Assembly: GCA_964012805.1 (NCBI GenBank)
Contig: CAXGUD010000018.1
Span: 18,802 to 82,801 of the forward strand
Direction: 5' to 3'
Source: an uncultured Bacteriovoracaceae bacterium
GTDB lineage: Bacteria > Bdellovibrionota > Bacteriovoracia > Bacteriovoracales > Bacteriovoracaceae
DNA: 64,000 nucleotides
A program made the position numbers and the translations under genes. Shown here piece after piece: positions 58,057 through 64,000 of this stretch (position 1 is its first letter; every line of letters starts with the position of its first letter). The notes beneath the pieces were generated by a model. It ran no database searches. It was not told where the DNA came from and was given only the letters and a program-made list of their open reading frames with translations.

Positions 58057-59043
58057 ATGGCGACATTAATTAAAGATGCAACCACGATAAATGAAATTAA
58101 CGATGTCTTAAAGTTGAGGTTTTCTGTTTTAAAAGAGTCTGGAAAGGCATTGAATGGTCTTTTTGTTTCTACGGGAAAAGTTTCAGACTTTTTTGATGTT
58201 TACCCAAATACTTATAATGTATTGGCCTACCGTTCAGGTGAGCCAATAGCCACATTAAGGGCCGTACCTTATTACCCTCCTAAGAAAATTGGAGGAAAAA
58301 ATAACAATTTTGATGAAACTGAACATGATGTTTTGGACGAAGTTTTCGACTATACCGAAGCAAACCAGCAATTGAAGGGTGAAGCCTACTTTATTGATAT
58401 AATCCTAATCAGGAAAGAAGACTCAAACAAATCGGCTTTGATTAGTGCTTTATTTAAGAACTTATTGGGAAAACTTGCTTCAGAAAAGGTTGATCATGTT
58501 TTTTTAAATGTGACTGAGAACTTAGAGAAGTATACTAAGGAGCTCGGGTTTAGGGACCTGGCAGACAGTTTTGAAAGTGATCTACTTGGCCGCAAAGTAA
58601 CACCTAGTGTTTTGGACGTAGGAGCTTTTTATGATTCTTTTGTTAGGGGTATAGAGGACAGGGAGATCCTTCGTTTTCAAGACACTTTCTATCATATTGT
58701 ATATGAGCCTGGTGAAATTTGTATGACTCATGGAGAAAAAGGAACAACAGCTATTCTTATTGAGTCTGGAGAAGTTGAGGTTCTTATTGATAAGGATGAA
58801 CAAATTATTCCAATTGCTACAATTGGAAAGGGAAACTTGATTGGTGAAATCGGGTTGGTTACTAATGAGACGAGAACGGCTTCCATTATTGCTAAAAAAC
58901 CAACTTCTTGCATCGCTTTTGATAGGGAAAATTTCATGGAAATGATGACGAGAAAGCCTAATCTTATGCTTGATATGTTTAAAGTTTTTTCAAAGAGGTT
59001 AAAGGCCTCAAACGATGAACTGGCCAAATTGCAAAAATCTTGA
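58057..59043 (+). CDS. GNAT / N-acyl amino acid synthase (FeeM-like) domain fused to a cyclic-nucleotide-binding domain (start moved from 57781 to ATG 58057)
   Basis: A....E...V.KLR+.V, D.FD..P.T...LAY..GEP+ATLR, Y..LGF; C-terminal GE....GEKG..A.LI.SG.VEV, IGE.GL....RTAS. AGGAG upstream; the longer track ORF overlaps tolC head-to-head. Confidence 0.8.
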   Translation: MATLIKDATTINEINDVLKLRFSVLKESGKALNGLFVSTGKVSDFFDVYPNTYNVLAYRSGEPIATLRAVPYYPPKKIGGKNNNFDETEHDVLDEVFDYTEANQQLKGEAYFIDIILIRKEDSNKSALISALFKNLLGKLASEKVDHVFLNVTENLEKYTKELGFRDLADSFESDLLGRKVTPSVLDVGAFYDSFVRGIEDREILRFQDTFYHIVYEPGEICMTHGEKGTTAILIESGEVEVLIDKDEQIIPIATIGKGNLIGEIGLVTNETRTASIIAKKPTSCIAFDRENFMEMMTRKPNLMLDMFKVFSKRLKASNDELAKLQKS

Positions 59044-59063
59044 AGAATAGGAGGAGATAGAGC

Positions 59064-59930
59064 GTGAGAGGAAATTTTTATATTTTATTGGTTTCTCCTG
59101 ATGAACAATTGTCTTCAACTTATGCATCAAAAATTAAAGACCGATTTGGTGAATTACCACTTTTTATAGACTTTGCTCACGATGGCCTTAAGGCCTTGGA
59201 GAAATTTGAAAAGCACTTTCACCATCTTGTGATTAGTGATATTGAAATGCCTGTTATGGATGGCCTATCTCTTGTTAGTGAGATTCGCAAAATTGAGGGT
59301 AGTTCTATCATTTATCTTCTTGGAAATAGTAAGCTTAAAATGGATGAGCCAGGTGTTGAATTTATTAATACTCCAATTACTGACTGGACTGAATTTATAG
59401 GTAAAGTTGAGGATGTCATTCCTGAAGAGATCAAAATTGAGTATGGTCTTAAAAAAAGAGACACTGCCTTAAACAGAAGACTGAATGATTTTTCAAAAAA
59501 GTACCTGGAAGAAAACGGTATAAAAGCTGAGTCATCCGGTAATGATGATATCTTTCTTATACCTAAATACTTTTATGGTTTAGAGGAGGAGCATTTAGCG
59601 AAAGAAAATGCACAGGAAGGAGAAAATACCATTTCAAGAAAGGTCAACCAAAAAGGAGTTGGTTCAACTGAAGGTATGGTTGTATTTCCTTTTTTAAAAA
59701 GAAGACTAATTTTTCAGAGTATCCTAGAGCTTCTTATTTTGGCAGGACTTGCTTACGCGACTTATCACCTTTTTACGGCGAAGCCTTCAGGAGGAGAGGA
59801 TGATTTTGGAGAGGAGAATTTATTTATAAATTTAAAAAATGTAATGGCCCTCATAACAATTGTGTCTTTTCTAGGCTATTTTTTGGGAAAGGTTTTTGAA
59901 AAAATTTTTATTAAGAAAAATAGTAAATAA
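59064..59930 (+). CDS. Atypical receiver-domain protein with two C-terminal TM helices
   Basis: AHDG..AL, LVISDIEMPVMDGL; first acidic pair degenerate (VSPDE) and conserved Lys replaced (INTP); two hydrophobic helices at the C-terminus. Confidence 0.8.
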   Translation: MRGNFYILLVSPDEQLSSTYASKIKDRFGELPLFIDFAHDGLKALEKFEKHFHHLVISDIEMPVMDGLSLVSEIRKIEGSSIIYLLGNSKLKMDEPGVEFINTPITDWTEFIGKVEDVIPEEIKIEYGLKKRDTALNRRLNDFSKKYLEENGIKAESSGNDDIFLIPKYFYGLEEEHLAKENAQEGENTISRKVNQKGVGSTEGMVVFPFLKRRLIFQSILELLILAGLAYATYHLFTAKPSGGEDDFGEENLFINLKNVMALITIVSFLGYFLGKVFEKIFIKKNSK

Positions 59931-60287
59931 AAAAATTATCAAATAAAAAAACTAAGCATTTCTTAAAGTTAAAATAATAAGAATTTGAAATTTGTATTTC
60001 TGTCAAAAATAATTGCCGTTATTTAAAATCATATAAATTCTCTTTTAATCTTGATCAATTCTTTTTAAAAACAAAATCTATATCTATACCATTCTAATTA
60101 CCTAAAAAATTAAGCGTTTTAGTCTTAGTTAAAATTAAAGAAAAAGCTTTGATTTTATAAATTAAAAAATAAGATTAAAAGTCCCAATGGTGTTGTAGAA
60201 TTACCCGAATATCACTATTTCACTAATAAGTATTTTTTAATCCAAATAGTTTTAACTAATTGAAACTATTTCTTTAAGGAGGTTATT

Positions 60288-61667
60288 GTGAAAATTTTTA
60301 AAGTAGTCATCTTGGCCTTGTGTTTGGCCCCAATCGGGCAGGCCATTGGTCAAGAAGGGCCAGGGCCTGGTCCTGAACAACCACCAAAAGAGTTTGCAGC
60401 CCCTCACACTGGACCAAAATGTGGTGAGCTTGAAGAAATTGGAAGGGGTTTGGTTGATGGCTGTATGGAGAAAGCTGTCGGTGATAGACCAGCTTGTGTC
60501 GATGCTGGCAAGAAAAAATTTATGGGGCTTTTGATGAACAAGTATGGGATCCAATGCCGTTTTGTAGGTGAAATTATTGGACGTTATGCCCAGACAGTAG
60601 GACTTGAAGTAGGTGATAAAGTTCCCAAGCCAGATTCTAAAACGGCAGGAGACAGTTGCCAATTATGGGAGGATAACGCCAAAAAAGTCATTGGAGAATG
60701 CGGAGGGAGGCCAAAAACTGAAAGAAAAGCTTGTGGGTTAAGAGCAGTTGATATGTTTATTGCTGCTGTTCAAAGAGAACCAGACATTTTTAAAAGGTGC
60801 CCTTCTTTGGAGGGAAAAATTGGTGCGATGGCCGATGCTGCTTTTGGAAAAGAGCTTAGTAATGAACTAGGAAATCAAGTCCAAGGTAGAATGGCCAGCT
60901 CAAGAGATATTTGTAAGCCAATTTTTGATAGGTTTAGAGGTGGTATTGATAAGTGTGCTTCAGGAAATAAACCTGGGCCTTGTCTTATGAGTCTTAAGGG
61001 AGAATTTGATAAACTTATCTCTGAGCCTAAAAACTCAGCTTGCCATCATGTGTCCGATGCCCTCGGGCAATATGCCTACTCAAAGCCAAGCCTAAGGCCT
61101 ATTGTTGATGGCATGAGGGGAGACAGGGTTGAGCACCATGACGGGGGCAGTAAATCTGTTGCCCAAGGAGGAGGTAGTGAAAAAGCATGCCGAGAGGTGG
61201 AAGCTAAAGCTCAAAAAATAGTTCTTGGTTGTTCTAAGCTACCAAAAAATAAACAAATGAAGTGTATGATGAAAGCCGAGCCAGTTTTGGACAAAAATAT
61301 CCAGAGAGTCGGTGGCTGTGATGGATTAAAAGACAGGGTAGGTAATTACGCCAGATCAAAAGGGATTAACCTTCCTGGAGGGCCTGGTCATCATTCTTCC
61401 GTTGGTAAAGCCCCTCCTCCAATTACTCACGGTAAACTTAAAGTAAGTAAGCGCCAGAGAAATAAATGCCGAAAGTTTATGAGATGGGCAGGTGGTGCTT
61501 TTAGGTATTGTATGAAAAAGAAAACCCAAAATCAAAGAAGTGCTTGTGCGGCCAAGTCTGAACCAAAAATTATGGACATGAAGCAAAAGTCAGGGTTTAG
61601 TCCGGAAGCTTGTCCTCGTGAGCATCAAAGGTTTGAAGAAATGGGTGATAAGCTAAGAGGCGAGTAA
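60288..61667 (+). CDS. Secreted cysteine-repeat protein A (5 four-Cys repeats)
   Basis: AAGGAGG RBS, GTG start, signal peptide, Pro-rich linker, five C-x13-C-x8/11-C-x17/21-C units. Confidence 0.88.
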   Translation: MKIFKVVILALCLAPIGQAIGQEGPGPGPEQPPKEFAAPHTGPKCGELEEIGRGLVDGCMEKAVGDRPACVDAGKKKFMGLLMNKYGIQCRFVGEIIGRYAQTVGLEVGDKVPKPDSKTAGDSCQLWEDNAKKVIGECGGRPKTERKACGLRAVDMFIAAVQREPDIFKRCPSLEGKIGAMADAAFGKELSNELGNQVQGRMASSRDICKPIFDRFRGGIDKCASGNKPGPCLMSLKGEFDKLISEPKNSACHHVSDALGQYAYSKPSLRPIVDGMRGDRVEHHDGGSKSVAQGGGSEKACREVEAKAQKIVLGCSKLPKNKQMKCMMKAEPVLDKNIQRVGGCDGLKDRVGNYARSKGINLPGGPGHHSSVGKAPPPITHGKLKVSKRQRNKCRKFMRWAGGAFRYCMKKKTQNQRSACAAKSEPKIMDMKQKSGFSPEACPREHQRFEEMGDKLRGE

Positions 61668-61707
61668 TAAGGTTTTTTTTAAGCTCGAATTCGTTTTCTA
61701 TAAAAGG

Positions 61708-61734
61708 GGCCAGTTTTGAACTGGCCTTTTTTTT
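61708..61734 (+). terminator. Intrinsic terminator
   Basis: GGCCAGTT-TTG-AACTGGCC followed by T8. Confidence 0.9.
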
Positions 61735-62153
61735 ATTTTTGCTGAATTTTTTTTAAGCAAAATCTTAGCTAATTCCATTGAATTGAAAGTAAATAAAAAA
61801 AAATAAAAAGATGAATATTTCTTTATACTTTGATGAAATATTTTTCAACTGGCATAAAAAGTTATCAATCATAAATTTGTTTTAGTTTTTTTTTTTTACC
61901 AATAAATAAAAAAATAGCTCAATTTTTTTATTTTTTATATTTTCTAATTAGTTAATTTATTTATGTTTTTATCTAAAAATAAAAACTGTATTTAGCTTAA
62001 AACATTCCTGTTTGATAAAAAAAAAATTGTAACCAATCTCTGCCTTAAAATACTCATAACAAGCCAATAAGAAGAGTTAAGAAGAAGAAAGAATAGCATT
62101 TTAAATATATAAATTTATTACTGAACTCTATTGAGTTTTTAAAGGAGGGTTTT

Positions 62154-63809
62154 GTGAAAGCATTGAAGATGATTCTCCTGGCATTATGCCTGGTTCCTAT
62201 TGGACAGGCCCTTGGCCAGGAGACTAAAGCACCAGACGATGATGGCCCAAATGAGCCCTCAGAGAAATTTGGATCACCTGTTAGGGGACCTAAGTGTGGA
62301 GAGCTACAAGGAATTGGTATTGGCATGGTCGATGAGTGCTTAGGGAAGCCAGTTCCTCAGCGGAAAAGCTGTGTGGATAATAATAAACGGAAGTTTATAG
62401 GCCTTCTCATGAACAAGTATGGGCGGAAGTGTGCGTTTGTAGGAAATATCGTTGGCCGATACGCCAAACAAAAAGGTCTTGAGGTTCGGGAAGAAAGTGG
62501 ACCTAGAACAGTTAAAAAGGGCCCTAATAGGGGAGTTTGTCGAAGGTGGAAGGCAACGGCCCGGAGAGTTCTCAACAATTGTAAGAGTAAGAGAGGACCA
62601 AAGCGTAGGTATTGCGCTATCAGGGCGGTACGTATGTATTCAGCTGCTGTTGAAAGAAACCGTTTTATAAGGAAAGTATGTCCGGATTTAGGTAGTCAGA
62701 TCAAGGGCATTGCTATGACGGCCCTTGGACCCAAATTAACCAATTCAATGGAAAAACGGTATAACAAGAGAAGGTCAAATAATAAGAGGTTTTGTCGTCC
62801 TTTATACAGCAAGTATAGAAAAGGAATAAACAAATGTACTCGAGTTAGGAACAAGTTTAGATGTTTAACGAACATTAAAAAGCGGTTTGATAGGGACGTT
62901 AGAAATCCTAGATTGAGAGTATGCCGCCACGTAGGGAATTCCCTGGCCCAATACGCTTACAGTAAAAGAAGCTTAAGAAGGGCCATGAGTCGAATGAGAG
63001 GCGAGAAAATTAGGCATTATTCAAATCGTCGACCGGTAAGGCGTGGAAATCCTAGAGTTTGTAGAAATATTGAAATCAAGGCAAGAAAGGCGCTTCTTTT
63101 TTGCTCAAAGAAACCTCCAAGAAACAAAATGGCTTGTGTGACTAAGGCCAAAAGGAAATTTGATCAACAGGTAAGAAAGGCACGGGGTTGTCGAGGCCTC
63201 GATAGAAAACTTGGAAATTACGCAAGAAGCTTGAAATTACCTGATCCAAGTAAAAGGCGGCCATCTTCAGTTAAGCGTAGAAATAACCGTAATAGAGGGG
63301 TTGCGAAAGCTTGTCGAAATTTAGAAAGGAGCACTAAAAGGTCTATTAACAGATGTGCCAGGGTTAGAAATGTAAGAAATAAAATGAACTGTGCTCGTAA
63401 AACTAAAGCTAAATTCGATAGGCAATTAAGGCAAAGAAAGTTCAGAAAATGTAGAGGCCTAAACAGAAAAATTGAAAGGCATGCAACAAGGAAGGGCTTT
63501 GGTAAGAGAAATATGATGAGGATGAGCAAAGTTGTTAAAGGTCGTCCTGGAGGCCCTAGAAAGCCTGCTTCTGTTGCAAAACGCCGGAGACAAATTAAAA
63601 AGTGTAAAGGGTTTATGAGATGGTTTAATGGGGTTCATAAGTTTTGTATGAAAAAGAAAAACCCTGCTAAGATCAAAAAGTGTGCAATGAGGTCTCAAAG
63701 AAAGATCATGCAAAGGAAGAGGAAGGCAAGGTTTAATCCCGCCACTTGTCCAAGAAGGCATGGGAATTTTGATAGAAAAATGAGTATGATGAGAAGAGGT
63801 AGGAAGTAG
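62154..63809 (+). CDS. Secreted cysteine-repeat protein B (6 repeats), extremely Arg/Lys-rich paralog of A
   Basis: AAGGAGG RBS, GTG start, near-identical signal peptide, collinear with A (GPKCGEL, GLLMNKYG, QYAYSK.SLR, GNYARS, FMRW, CMKKK, CPR.H). Confidence 0.88.
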   Translation: MKALKMILLALCLVPIGQALGQETKAPDDDGPNEPSEKFGSPVRGPKCGELQGIGIGMVDECLGKPVPQRKSCVDNNKRKFIGLLMNKYGRKCAFVGNIVGRYAKQKGLEVREESGPRTVKKGPNRGVCRRWKATARRVLNNCKSKRGPKRRYCAIRAVRMYSAAVERNRFIRKVCPDLGSQIKGIAMTALGPKLTNSMEKRYNKRRSNNKRFCRPLYSKYRKGINKCTRVRNKFRCLTNIKKRFDRDVRNPRLRVCRHVGNSLAQYAYSKRSLRRAMSRMRGEKIRHYSNRRPVRRGNPRVCRNIEIKARKALLFCSKKPPRNKMACVTKAKRKFDQQVRKARGCRGLDRKLGNYARSLKLPDPSKRRPSSVKRRNNRNRGVAKACRNLERSTKRSINRCARVRNVRNKMNCARKTKAKFDRQLRQRKFRKCRGLNRKIERHATRKGFGKRNMMRMSKVVKGRPGGPRKPASVAKRRRQIKKCKGFMRWFNGVHKFCMKKKNPAKIKKCAMRSQRKIMQRKRKARFNPATCPRRHGNFDRKMSMMRRGRK

Positions 63810-63881
63810 GATTAACTGAAAGTAACTAGAAGTAATTAGAAGACATTATTCTTAATTTCTCATTAAGAAAAAGAAAAAAAA

Positions 63882-63906
63882 GGGCCAGCTAAAGCTGGTC
63901 CTTTTT
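63882..63906 (+). terminator. Intrinsic terminator
   Basis: GGGCCAGCT-AA-AGCTGGTCC followed by TTTTT; similar in sequence to the terminator after protein A. Confidence 0.88.
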
Positions 63907-64000
63907 GTTTGAGGATCATTTTTCTGGATCAAAAAACTTAAAGTTAAATTATTTACAAATAAGGGGCAAGCATGTAGGTTGGGTCAATTTAACTAAAAAA

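Noticed and set aside
60288..63809. Cys-repeat proteins as multiheme cytochromes, zinc fingers, or B as a spurious Arg-rich shadow ORF
   Set aside because: No CxxCH or CxxC motifs; B has an RBS, signal peptide, terminator and full-length collinearity with A.
1..64000. CRISPR arrays, tRNA/rRNA, IS elements, prophage genes; remaining short antisense track ORFs
   Set aside because: No spaced direct repeats, cloverleafs or transposase/integrase/phage motifs seen by eye; the short ORFs lie within well-supported genes on the opposite strand or in another frame.

Overview
AT-rich bacterial chromosomal window with no rRNA, tRNA, CRISPR array, integrase or transposase that I could recognise. Gene style suggests Bdellovibrionota (Bacteriovoracia-like), but this is inference only. 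1-10.4 kb: amino-acid biosynthesis (ilvB-ilvN-ilvC partial, divergent ilvD, LysR regulator, thrABC), with an unannotated Ile/Leu/Val-rich leader peptide upstream of ilvB. 10-47 kb: accessory, lipid-handling and exported genes (acyl-CoA oxidase, START protein, MscS, MACPF-like secreted protein, orphan RND transporter preceded by an unannotated 41-aa cationic lipoprotein, two pseudogenes including an lgt relic, patatin, phospholipase D, desaturase, ABC exporter, CheR-like hybrid kinase). 44.7-59.9 kb: heteromeric RND/MFP/TolC export module flanked by two cyclic-nucleotide-binding proteins, one fused to a FeeM-like acyltransferase. 60.3-63.9 kb: tandem paralogous secreted proteins built from a C-x13-C-x8/11-C-x17/21-C repeat I do not recognise; one is near charge-balanced and the other extremely polycationic. 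This pair is the best candidate for an undescribed system. All calls come from reading motifs by eye; no database searches were run.
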